Shown here in pieces: positions 18,675 through 27,152 of a stretch of DNA of 64,000 nucleotides. The notes under the pieces were generated by a model. It saw nothing but the letters and a program-made list of their open reading frames with translations. It was not told the DNA's origin and made no database searches. The DNA comes from Methyloceanibacter sp. (lineage in GTDB: Bacteria; Pseudomonadota; Alphaproteobacteria; Rhizobiales; Methyloligellaceae): contig NZ_JBFFQD010000002.1 of assembly GCF_041573655.1 (NCBI RefSeq), forward strand, positions 28,062 through 92,061, written 5' to 3'. The position numbers and the translations under genes were made by a program. How positions within the stretch are numbered: the first letter of the stretch is position 1; each line of letters opens with the position of its first letter.

Positions 18675-19229
18675 GTGCAGGCAGAAGACTTCCATGACTC
18701 CGTGAGGCCAGGCCTCATTGCCATGTTGCCGAGGCTCATGCGTTTCGCCGACGTGCTTGTCGGCGCGCGTGACGAAGGCGCAGGGCTGCTGAGCCGCGCG
18801 CTCCAGCTCATGCTGGCTGAGCAGCATCGCTACCAGCGCGGCACGTCCCTCGATGTTTGGGCCTTCGCCGAGATCTACCGGTATTGGCTGAGCGAGTTGC
18901 GCGATCATGCCGAGCCCGTTGCGCAAGCCAGGATCGACGAGACGCGGTTTGTCGAGTTGTTCTACGCCAAAGGCGACGACTACGTTGACGCGTCGGTCGT
19001 TGCCTTCCTGGGGAGCCTGTCGGCGCCACAACGCCTCACAGTGCTCCTCGTCTATGGCGAAGGCTTTGAGTACGAGGACGCTAGCCGCATCCTCGACGTT
19101 CCACCCGAGACAATCGCCGCACGGCTCATCCGTATCAGTGCGGTGCTTGCGGACCGCTTGAACGCACGGGCGCCGGCGCAAGCCGCGGCGACCGTCGAGA
19201 CGCTCTATCCCGAAGGGCTCAGGGGCTGA
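18675..19229 (+). CDS. ECF-type RNA polymerase sigma factor
   Basis: The GTG at 18675 is preceded by GGGGAG at 6-nt spacing. Region 2-like is LDVWAFAEIYRYWL and the region 4 HTH is LSAPQRLTVLLVYGEGFEYEDASRILDVPPETIAARLIR. Confidence 0.8.
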   Translation: MQAEDFHDSVRPGLIAMLPRLMRFADVLVGARDEGAGLLSRALQLMLAEQHRYQRGTSLDVWAFAEIYRYWLSELRDHAEPVAQARIDETRFVELFYAKGDDYVDASVVAFLGSLSAPQRLTVLLVYGEGFEYEDASRILDVPPETIAARLIRISAVLADRLNARAPAQAAATVETLYPEGLRG

Positions 19230-19231
19230 CC

Positions 19232-19543
19232 ATGACTGAACTCAGCGACGAACTCCTCATCGCCTATGTCGATGGACAACTTGCCCGCAAACAGACGCGT
19301 GCGGTGGAGGGGGTTCTCGATCAAGACGATGTTCTTGCGGCGCGGGTCGACGCGCTGAAGCACGCGCATGCGCGTCTGGAAGCGGCCTTTGAGGCTATCC
19401 TGGCCGGCGAAGAGATGGACATCTCCGAAGTGCCGGTCCCGCAAGACGACGGCATCTTCGTTTCGTGGCGCACCATAAAAATCGCCACGGCTGGTCTCGG
19501 CCTGGCCGTGGCCGCTGCGCTTGCCGTCGCCGGGTACGGGTGA
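19232..19543 (+). CDS. Short anti-sigma factor (anti-sigma domain plus one TM helix)
   Basis: It starts 2 nt after the sigma gene stop. N-terminal motif LLIAYVDGQL; C-terminal TM IKIATAGLGLAVAAALAVAGYG. There is no extracytoplasmic domain. Confidence 0.6.
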   Translation: MTELSDELLIAYVDGQLARKQTRAVEGVLDQDDVLAARVDALKHAHARLEAAFEAILAGEEMDISEVPVPQDDGIFVSWRTIKIATAGLGLAVAAALAVAGYG

Positions 19544-19635
19544 CCTCTCAAACTTCCGGGCCAAGGTGCGGAAGTGCAGATCGATGTCCCCGCGCAGACC
19601 GCGCCCCAGCCGCAAACGTCAACGGGTGCCAACCG

Positions 19636-20088
19636 CTAACGCGCCATGCGCGCGATCGCCCTGTAATCGCCGGAGAGATGGCGGTTGAGGTCGACCCGGA
19701 TCGCGTCTAGCCGATCCTTAGTGCAATAGCCCTGATCGTTTTTGATCTGTTGGAACACGGACTCGAGCGTGTAGTCGTAGGCATGTGTGGTCTTCTCCAT
19801 TCGTGCCTGGCCATGGCCAAAACGCGATTCATAGGCGAGGTAGTTCGAGCGGAGCTGCTGGGGGTTGAAGACGAACCCGCAGCGGGTTGCGCGGGCCGAG
19901 GTCCATGCGACCTGGGTTGGCCGCGCGAGCGGGTCGTTGGGCCGCACATTGTATGCCGCGGCCTCGGTGGACGCTCCGGTCTCCGGACCTCTGATGCTGT
20001 CCACCGTCGAGCAGGCCGTCAGCGCGACCAACAGCGCGGCTGCGGCAGCCGCTGCAATCGGCGTGGCGGTTGAGAAGGGGTGTTTCAT
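19636..20088 (-). CDS. Hypothetical lipoprotein
   Basis: Signal peptide with lipobox LVALTAC. I recognise no family. Confidence 0.6.
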   Translation of the reverse strand: MKHPFSTATPIAAAAAAALLVALTACSTVDSIRGPETGASTEAAAYNVRPNDPLARPTQVAWTSARATRCGFVFNPQQLRSNYLAYESRFGHGQARMEKTTHAYDYTLESVFQQIKNDQGYCTKDRLDAIRVDLNRHLSGDYRAIARMAR

Positions 20089-20720
20089 TTCGGCGCGATC
20101 TTATCGGTCGCGTCGTCGCAGCTAAAGGGGGCGAAATGAAGTGCAAAAACAAGGAAAGGCGGAGCTTTGCGGCCCCGCCTCCCTGTTGCGATGTCGAGCC
20201 GCACGCCCGTTCGGGACGATTGGTCGGCGCCGCGAGACCTTATCGGCCTCTTGGTCACGCGCCTCCCTCATGGTCTCCCACAAGCAGCGCCGCGACCTGA
20301 CCACGGCCCTTATTTTGCGTCGCGTTGCTACGACGTGGCACCAGCCCCGGCCGGGCTGAAACCAATCAGCGATGGGATGTGTGGCGCAAAGGACCCTGTC
20401 GACCTCGACTCACGGTAATGCGACGACGTCGCCAGACCGTGGACCATTTGCGTCTACGCTTCCCGCCGCCTTCAGCCGCCCATGGCAATGGACGACCTCG
20501 GGCTTGCCATGCCCTGCGAGCCTTCCGATCATTTCCCGAAGCTTTGGGATTTCTCCGTCAGCCCCTTCTACAACCGGCCAACTCACAGTTTGAAGAATAC
20601 CGCAATGCATTCGCGTTGCACTGGTGGCGCACCGCTTTTCCCCGCAATCCACCGGATCGCACGCCCCCGGCCACGTTGCGGCCGCCCGCAAGGCTTTGGG
20701 AAGAGCGCCGTTTCGTCCCG

Positions 20721-20750
20721 TTGGACCGCCGTTTTTCTGAGCTGTATGCT
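20721..20750 (+). promoter_or_regulatory. Candidate sigma70-type promoter for the 20779 gene
   Basis: TTGGAC-N18-TATGCT lies about 30 nt upstream of a GGGGGAG Shine-Dalgarno and the ATG. Confidence 0.3.
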
Positions 20751-20778
20751 AGGCTCCAAGTCGGGGGAGTTCAGTTTC

Positions 20779-21648
20779 ATGCGGCGTGTCGCAGTAAGAG
20801 CAGTATCGGTCTTGCCGGGCCTTGTCGGTACCCGCGCGCGGCGGCTCCTACTGGCGGCTGGCGCGGCGGTGCTCGGGGGGCTTCTGGCGCTCGGCGCCGA
20901 TGTCTCCGGGCCAGGCGGCGCCTCGCTGGACATGAGAAATCTCGTCGGCGGGGAGACCGTCGTTTCCAAGCACGCAAAGACCAAAGGGCCGGCTGCGGCA
21001 TCGGCCGCAGACGGCTTCGAGCCAACGAGTGTCAGCCGGTTGTTGACCATGGCGCTGGCGCCGCCGCTTCCCAGCCCTGCACAAGACGCCGAGCCGAACC
21101 TCTTGGGGCTAAGCGAAATTCCCAGAGAGCTGATCTGGAACCGGCCGCCAAAAAAGGACGACGGGAAGAAGCGCAGAGCCTTCGCCGCTTTCTCCAAGGC
21201 CAGCGCAAATCTTCCCTGGGACGCTGTGGAGCCGGTCCCGTTCAGCCCGCTCGGCCCCACCGGAAAGTCGGCGCAGAAAAAGACGTCACCGAACGGCGCT
21301 GCACCGGTGGCGCAAGCCGCCGTCGTGCTGCCGGCAGGCGGTGAGGTGAAGCAGTGGATCAAGTCCAAGGTCACCGAGATCAAGGGCTCGGCGCGCTCGC
21401 GGCCGCTTTATCACTTCGAGCTTTGGTTGGAGCCTCCCGCCGAGATGAAGCAGCGCCTGGTTGGCGTCTCTTACGCATTCAACTCGCCGGCCATCCGCCC
21501 GCAGTTGCAAGCCTCGAGCGACAAGACGAACGGCTTCCGCATCAGCGCGGGCGGACTTGCTTGCGCCGACGAGGTCAAGCTGACGCTCAGATTCAACGAC
21601 GGCGGCTCCCAAACCGTCGCGCTCGATGGCTGCAATCTCCTGAGTTGA
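20779..21648 (+). CDS. Membrane-anchored protein with disordered linker and C-terminal beta-rich domain (pYEATS-like by pattern)
   Basis: The ATG at 20779 has a GGGGGAG Shine-Dalgarno. The TM anchor is LLLAAGAAVLGGLLALGA, followed by an Ala/Pro/Gly-rich linker. The C-terminal roughly 100 aa reads YHFELWLEPP..VGVSYAFNSP..NGFRISAGG..VKLTLRFNDG. Confidence 0.5.
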   Translation: MRRVAVRAVSVLPGLVGTRARRLLLAAGAAVLGGLLALGADVSGPGGASLDMRNLVGGETVVSKHAKTKGPAAASAADGFEPTSVSRLLTMALAPPLPSPAQDAEPNLLGLSEIPRELIWNRPPKKDDGKKRRAFAAFSKASANLPWDAVEPVPFSPLGPTGKSAQKKTSPNGAAPVAQAAVVLPAGGEVKQWIKSKVTEIKGSARSRPLYHFELWLEPPAEMKQRLVGVSYAFNSPAIRPQLQASSDKTNGFRISAGGLACADEVKLTLRFNDGGSQTVALDGCNLLS

Positions 21649-21652
21649 TGCA

Positions 21653-22633
21653 TCACTTGATGCCGGCGACCTCGGCGACCAGTTCGCGGAAGCGCGGGCG
21701 CGGCTGCTCGATATAGGGCAGGGGGCGGCAAACATCGATCGCCGCGATGCCGATGCGCGTGGTCAGCGCTCCATTGAACACGCCTTCGCCGAGCCGTGCC
21801 GAAAGGCGCGCAGTCAGTCCGTGTCCGATCACCTGCTGGATCACGTCGTCGCCGAGCGCAATGCCGCCGGTGAGCACGATATGCGTGACCACCATGCGCG
21901 CGAGCTTCAACAGCGACAACGTCCCGGGGCGTGCGCCATAGAGCGTGGCGAGCTTGCGGAGCATGCGCAGGTTCTGCGCGCCGACGAACATCATGTCGAT
22001 AAGCGCGTTGGGGCTAACCGCCGTGACCACCGACACGCGCTTTGCCGATGTGGCGACGATGCCGCGTGCGACGGGATCGAGCGGCGCGATGAGTGTGCGC
22101 TCGTCGAGACGCAGCAGCTCCTCCGCGTTCATGATGTCATGCTCGTGCTCGGCTAGACGCTGCAAGCTCCAAGCAAGGTCGTCGCGTCCCGCATAGAAAC
22201 GCTTCAGCCGTCGCGTCACGTCGACGGCGAGCGCCTTGTCGTTCTGGCGCGCCGCGCTGTCCGCCTCGTGGCGGATTTTGTCGAGGCGTCCAAGCCGCAA
22301 CAGCCCGGCCACCTCGCGGATGATGATCATGAGAAGTGCCAGCACGACGACGGCTAGCAGCCCGACAGCGACCCAGCCGATCCAGTCGTCCCGCGCCAGG
22401 AGCGAAAGCACCCAATCGTAGAGCCATAGCGAGGCGATGAGGCTGATCAGCCCGCCGAGTGCGGCGAGAAAGATGCTGCCCCAGCGTAAGCCGCGATCCA
22501 GATTGGGCAGCATGCGCGTTTGCGCGTCCATAGGAGTAGGGAGCGTTTCGGCGGCCGGCGGCTCCGGCGGCACGAACACGTCCACGTCTTCGACGCGGAA
22601 CGCCGCGGGCTTCCGGCGCTTGGGTGCGGTCAT
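21653..22633 (-). CDS. ycjF: YcjF-family (DUF697 / UPF0283) membrane protein
   Basis: The internal ATG at 22633 overlaps the ycjX stop (ATGA). It has two adjacent TM helices and then a conserved C-terminal domain (VSVVTAVSPNALIDMMFV..ARLGEGVFNGALTTRIG). Confidence 0.75.
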   Translation of the reverse strand: MTAPKRRKPAAFRVEDVDVFVPPEPPAAETLPTPMDAQTRMLPNLDRGLRWGSIFLAALGGLISLIASLWLYDWVLSLLARDDWIGWVAVGLLAVVVLALLMIIIREVAGLLRLGRLDKIRHEADSAARQNDKALAVDVTRRLKRFYAGRDDLAWSLQRLAEHEHDIMNAEELLRLDERTLIAPLDPVARGIVATSAKRVSVVTAVSPNALIDMMFVGAQNLRMLRKLATLYGARPGTLSLLKLARMVVTHIVLTGGIALGDDVIQQVIGHGLTARLSARLGEGVFNGALTTRIGIAAIDVCRPLPYIEQPRPRFRELVAEVAGIK

Positions 22634-24087
22634 GCGAGGCGGTCTCCGATCAGGGTCTGGATGGCGCGGTCGAGCCGGATATTTGGGAACGGCGCGACGC
22701 CTCCTGAAGGCAGCTGCACCGGATCGGGCGGCCGAAAGCGAACGAAGCGCATATCGCCGTGCTCGGTCTGCCAGCCGGACAGCGCTTTCTTCGGATCCTC
22801 GGGAAGATCGCCTGGGAAGATGGCGAAGGGCTCGTTGCCGTCGAAGATACGCCGGCCGATCTTCTCGCCCTTTAGCGGATAGCCGACGATGCACGGCAAC
22901 GTCTGGGTGCCCCGCTTCGCTTCGCCTTCTTGCGTGGCGCGGATGGCGGCCAGCGCCAGAACGTTGACGTCGGCGCCGCGATAGCGGGCGCGGGCCAGCG
23001 CCTTGTCCGTGAGCAGCGACAGGATCGCCTCCAACCGGTCATGACTCTCGTGGTGCAGATGGTCGGCCTTCGTCGCGGCAAGGGCAATGCGGTCGATCCG
23101 CGGTGCGAACAGGTTCGACCAGAGATTGTTTGCGCCCGTGCGGAAGCATTCGAGGATCTCGGTCATGGCGCGTTCCAGATCGGCAACTGCCGCCGGCCCG
23201 CCGTTCAACGCGGCAAGCACGTCGATCAACACGACCTGCCGGTCCAGCCGCGCAAAATGGTCGCGGAAGAAGGGGCGCACGACGTAGGTCTTATAGGCTT
23301 CGTAGCGCCGCTCCATGAGCGACCACAGCGAGCCGCGCGGGAAACTGTCGGCACCCTTGGCATCGAGCGGCGCGAAGGTCAGCGCAGGCGAGCCCGCGAG
23401 ATCGCCTGGCATAAGAAAGCGTCCCGGCGGCAAGGTGGACAGCGCATATTGGTCGGAGCGCGCCTCGCGCAAATAAGTCTTGAACAGATCTGCGAGCTTC
23501 GCGGCGAGCGCTTCGTCGGCAGGCTCAGCCGGATCGATCTCGCCGAGCGCGGTGTTCCAATCCTTGGCCGCCGCTTCCCGGTCCGCTTCGCGCGCCTGCG
23601 CAACCGCGTCCCTAGCCCAACTGGCATAGTCGCGTTGCAGGAGCGGCAGATCGAGAAGCCATTCGCCTGGATAGTCGACGATGTCGATATGCAGCCGCTC
23701 GCGCCCCAATTGCCGTTTCCAGAACCGCGTCGAGGCGTATTCGAGCGTCAGGCGCAGCTGGCTGATCTGGCGTGTGCTCTCCGGCCAGGTCGGCGGCTCG
23801 GCGGTGAGGTCGGCGAGATGTCTTTCGTATTCGAAGCGCGGCACGATCTCGTCGGGTTGGGGCTCGAGATAGACGCGTATCAAGCGTCCCTCCGCGCCCG
23901 CATCGAAGAATGGCAGCCGCCCACTGGCGATGAGATTATGGACCAGCGCCGTGATGAACACCGTCTTGCCGGAGCGGGCGAGGCCGGTCACGCCGAGGCG
24001 CAATCGCGGCGTTGCGAGGCCGGAGGCAACGTCTCCCACGTTGCGTACGGCGTCGCCCGCGGCCTGGGTATAGGTGGAAAGTGGCAC
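22630..24087 (-). CDS. ycjX: YcjX-family P-loop NTPase (DUF463)
   Basis: GTG start. Walker A is GLARSGKTVFITAL, with family-typical blocks DYPGEWLLDLPLL and LAATKADHL. Confidence 0.85.
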   Translation of the reverse strand: MPLSTYTQAAGDAVRNVGDVASGLATPRLRLGVTGLARSGKTVFITALVHNLIASGRLPFFDAGAEGRLIRVYLEPQPDEIVPRFEYERHLADLTAEPPTWPESTRQISQLRLTLEYASTRFWKRQLGRERLHIDIVDYPGEWLLDLPLLQRDYASWARDAVAQAREADREAAAKDWNTALGEIDPAEPADEALAAKLADLFKTYLREARSDQYALSTLPPGRFLMPGDLAGSPALTFAPLDAKGADSFPRGSLWSLMERRYEAYKTYVVRPFFRDHFARLDRQVVLIDVLAALNGGPAAVADLERAMTEILECFRTGANNLWSNLFAPRIDRIALAATKADHLHHESHDRLEAILSLLTDKALARARYRGADVNVLALAAIRATQEGEAKRGTQTLPCIVGYPLKGEKIGRRIFDGNEPFAIFPGDLPEDPKKALSGWQTEHGDMRFVRFRPPDPVQLPSGGVAPFPNIRLDRAIQTLIGDRLA

Positions 24088-24305
24088 GCTTCAGATCAGT
24101 CCTTTTTTCTCGGCCCCCCGTGCCATGCGCCTCATAGCGTGCTCGGGGCAACGAAGGAAGACCAGCGGGAACTCTTGGTACCTTTTTGACTGTGCACCTG
24201 CACAACAAATGTGCGCCGCAAGTCCCAGCGCTGCCTATGAGATATGACGATTCCGCGATGTTCTCGGGAGCGGCGCTTGGCGCATTTGTCAACCCCGCGT
24301 GTTGT

Positions 24306-24334
24306 CTTGACTTGTCAACTCGCTTCCGTAAATA
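24306..24334 (+). promoter_or_regulatory. Candidate sigma70-type promoter for dksA
   Basis: CTTGAC-N17-TAAATA lies about 90 nt upstream of the dksA ATG. Confidence 0.4.
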
Positions 24335-24425
24335 CGGGGCTGCCTGGTGGGGGAACGCTGAGGCGTGCCGGGTGAAGTTAAGTAGGCGACGAGCCGATGA
24401 AGTGGATGGCCTGGACGTGACTCTC

Positions 24426-24860
24426 ATGGCGACTGCAAGAAAGAAGAAGAAAGTCCTCCCCGAGGATTATCGGCCGTCGGATGATGAGCCGTTCATGAAC
24501 GAGCAGCAGCGGGCCTATTTCCGCCGCAAGCTTCTCAACTGGCGTGACGAGATTCTGCGCTCCACCAAGGAGACGCTGCAGCATCTGCAGGACGACTCCG
24601 AGCAATATGCCGACATTGCCGACCGCGCGACCTCCGAGACGGATCGCTCGCTGGAACTGCGCGCCCGTGATCGCCAGCGCAAGCTCATCGCCAAGATCGA
24701 TGACGCGCTGGAGCGAATCGAGGGCGGTACGTACGGCTATTGCGAGGAAACTGGCGAGCCCATCAGCCTCAAACGGCTCGATGCGCGTCCCATCGCGACC
24801 TTAAGCGTCGAGGCGCAAGAGCGTCACGAGCGCCGCGAGCGCGTCTACCGCGACGTGTAG
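24426..24860 (+). CDS. dksA: RNA polymerase-binding transcription factor DksA (degenerate zinc finger)
   Basis: Internal ATG at 24426. The coiled-coil tip is DRATSETD. The C-terminal region YGYCEETGEPISLKRLDARPIATLSVEAQ aligns to the DksA Cys4 finger but keeps only one Cys. Confidence 0.85.
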   Translation: MATARKKKKVLPEDYRPSDDEPFMNEQQRAYFRRKLLNWRDEILRSTKETLQHLQDDSEQYADIADRATSETDRSLELRARDRQRKLIAKIDDALERIEGGTYGYCEETGEPISLKRLDARPIATLSVEAQERHERRERVYRDV

Positions 24861-24897
24861 CGCGCGACGGTCTTTCGAGACCGGTAGCCCAACATCG

Positions 24898-26340
24898 CTA
24901 ATGCGCCGCCGACAGCGGCTTCGCCACATCTTCGAGCGATTTGCCTTCGGCGGCGACACCGTAGCGTGCCGCGATAACGCTTGCGGCCAGCATCAAGCCC
25001 GCGCCCAGCAGGTACCCGGCGAACAGGCTCATGCGCGAACCCGTATCGATCAGCGCCCCGAACAGCCACGGCGCGCCGATGCCCCCGACACCCGTCCCGA
25101 CGGCATAGAAGAAGGCGATTGCGAGCGCGCGGATTTCGAGCGGGAAGGTCTCGCTCACCGTGAGATAGGCCGAGCTCGCCGCGGCCGAGGCGAAGAAGAA
25201 GATCACCGTCCAGCAGACCGTCTGCATCGTCGCCGACAGAACGCCCGCGGCGAATAGCGCGCCGGTGAGCGCCAGCAACAGACCGGAGAGCGCGTAGGTG
25301 ATCGCGATCATGGGGCGGCGTCCCACCGTGTCGAACAAGCGTCCGAGGAGAAGCGGTCCGAGGAAATTGCCGGCCGCGAAGGGCAGCAAATACCAGCCGA
25401 CCTTGCTGGCGGCGATGCCGTAGAAGTCGGTCAGCACCAGCGCATAGGTGAAGAAGATCGCGTTGTAGAAGAACGCTTGCGCCGCCATCAGCGCAAGCCC
25501 CACCAGCGTGCGCTGGCGATGCAGGTCAAACAGCGTGTGCCAGACTTCCGCTAAGGGCGTGTGGCTGCGCGTGTTGAGCTTGAACAGTGCCGGGTCGTCG
25601 TCGGGTACGTGGTGGCCGCGCGCGCGATGGTGATCTTCGATCTGCTCCAGGATCTCGTGCGCTTCGTCCGGGCGCCCATGGGTCATGAGCCAGCGTGGCG
25701 ATTCCGGAATCCACCGGCGCATGATAAGGATGCCCAGCCCCAGCACCGAGCCGATGAAGAAGGCGGCGCGCCAGCCATAGTCCGGCGGCAGCACGGCCGG
25801 GTCGAGCAGCACGATGGACCCGGCGGCGCCTCCCGCCGCGCCAATCCAAAAGCTGCCGTTGATGACGAGATCGGTATGGCCGCGATAGCGGGCCGGGATG
25901 AACTCCTGAATGGTGGAGGCGATCGCCGTGTATTCGCCGCCGATGCCGGCGCCGGTCAAAAAACGGAACAGGGCGAAGCTCACGAAGTTCCAGGAGAAGG
26001 CCGTCGCCGCCGTGGCGACCAGATAGACGGCCAGCGTGATGAAGAACAGCTTCTTACGGCCGAGGCGGTCGGTGAGCCATCCAAACAGCAGTGCCCCCAG
26101 CACCGCGCCGGCCAGATAGAAGCTGGAGGCAAGTCCGACCTCCGCATTCGTCAGCTTCAGGACGGGGCTCTCTTTCAGCGCGCCCGCCACCGCGCCGGCG
26201 AGCGTCACTTCGAGCCCGTCCAGCACCCAGGTGATGCCGAGTGCCAAGACGATGAGCGTGTGGAAGCGTCCCCAGCGCAGGCGATCGAGCCGCGCCGGCA
26301 CGGACGTCTCGATCACCTTCGCGTCGTGGGCCCCGCTCAC
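24898..26340 (-). CDS. MFS transporter (metabolite:H+ symporter type)
   Basis: 480 aa; the GTG start overlaps the upstream stop (GTGA). MFS loop motifs are GWLTDRLGRKK and LGRLFDTVGRRP, with 12 hydrophobic segments. Confidence 0.8.
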   Translation of the reverse strand: MSGAHDAKVIETSVPARLDRLRWGRFHTLIVLALGITWVLDGLEVTLAGAVAGALKESPVLKLTNAEVGLASSFYLAGAVLGALLFGWLTDRLGRKKLFFITLAVYLVATAATAFSWNFVSFALFRFLTGAGIGGEYTAIASTIQEFIPARYRGHTDLVINGSFWIGAAGGAAGSIVLLDPAVLPPDYGWRAAFFIGSVLGLGILIMRRWIPESPRWLMTHGRPDEAHEILEQIEDHHRARGHHVPDDDPALFKLNTRSHTPLAEVWHTLFDLHRQRTLVGLALMAAQAFFYNAIFFTYALVLTDFYGIAASKVGWYLLPFAAGNFLGPLLLGRLFDTVGRRPMIAITYALSGLLLALTGALFAAGVLSATMQTVCWTVIFFFASAAASSAYLTVSETFPLEIRALAIAFFYAVGTGVGGIGAPWLFGALIDTGSRMSLFAGYLLGAGLMLAASVIAARYGVAAEGKSLEDVAKPLSAAH

Positions 26341-27107
26341 GATTTGCCGGATGCTGGCCGCGGCACGATGGGAAAGTCGAAATAGGTGTCGGGGTAGGGC
26401 TCCGGCTCGAACGTGTAATGCCAGATCTCCTTGGGATAGTTCTTAAAGCCGTGGCGGCTCATCACGTCCACAAGGAGCGTCCGGTTGCGCTGCTGCTCCG
26501 GCGTGAGACCGGGCGCATCCGTGTTGGCCTTCGGATCGAAGCAGTCGAAGCCGGTTCCCATGTCGACGCTGTTGTCGGACGGCTGCGCCTCAGTGCAGGC
26601 GATGCCGTCCTCGTCGTCCGTGTCGGCAGGTGACGATCCGAGGGGCACGATGGTGACATCCAGCGTCGACCCGCGGGAGTGCCCGGACCGCGTGGCGATA
26701 TATTCGGGAAACAGGGCGCTCTTGTGCAGGTCGGGATAATGCTCGAGCTTGGCGTTCGGATTGTCCGGCTCTTTCGACCAATCGACGAAGGCGGCCACGG
26801 CCTGTTTGGGGCGGTAGCAGTCATAGACCTTCAGCGACAACCCCATTGGCTTGAGGTCCGTTTGCGCGGCTTTCAAGGCTTCGGCCGCTTCCCTGACAAG
26901 CACGCATTCGGCGGCGTCGTAGCCGGGCACGGGCTGCCGCGTGAAGTTATTGGGGCCTGCATAGCGCATGTCCTGCTCGATCGAAGGGTCGACGTCGTAG
27001 AGATAGACGAAGCCCTTGGGCATGGAACCAGCGCTCATGGGTGACGTCCCCGCAACAAAGAGAGCTGCAACCAGCACGGCGCAGCCGATAGCTCGACAAC
27101 CAGACAT
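26337..27107 (-). CDS. D-alanyl-D-alanine dipeptidase, VanX/DdpX family (M15D), with signal peptide
   Basis: Zn/catalytic motifs SGHSRGSTLDVT and EIWHYT. The N-terminal hydrophobic leader is MSGCRAIGCAVLVAALFVAGTSPMSAGS. Confidence 0.8.
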   Translation of the reverse strand: MSGCRAIGCAVLVAALFVAGTSPMSAGSMPKGFVYLYDVDPSIEQDMRYAGPNNFTRQPVPGYDAAECVLVREAAEALKAAQTDLKPMGLSLKVYDCYRPKQAVAAFVDWSKEPDNPNAKLEHYPDLHKSALFPEYIATRSGHSRGSTLDVTIVPLGSSPADTDDEDGIACTEAQPSDNSVDMGTGFDCFDPKANTDAPGLTPEQQRNRTLLVDVMSRHGFKNYPKEIWHYTFEPEPYPDTYFDFPIVPRPASGKS

Positions 27108-27152
27108 GGGGTGACTGTTTGCGATGGGGTTTGCGCCGTCAACGCATGGCGC

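Noticed and set aside
17516-18811. Full 431-aa version of the methyltransferase ORF
   Set aside because: The first roughly 100 codons overlap the divergent ECF sigma gene and translate to Ser/Pro/Arg-rich sequence. I preferred the internal ATG at 18502.
20410-20691. 93-codon - strand ORF in the 630-bp gap
   Set aside because: It has a TTG start, no Shine-Dalgarno and only about 60 percent G/C at third codon positions, far below neighbouring genes. I recognise no domain.
22930-24189. 419-aa + strand ORF
   Set aside because: It is antisense to ycjX and has no motifs.
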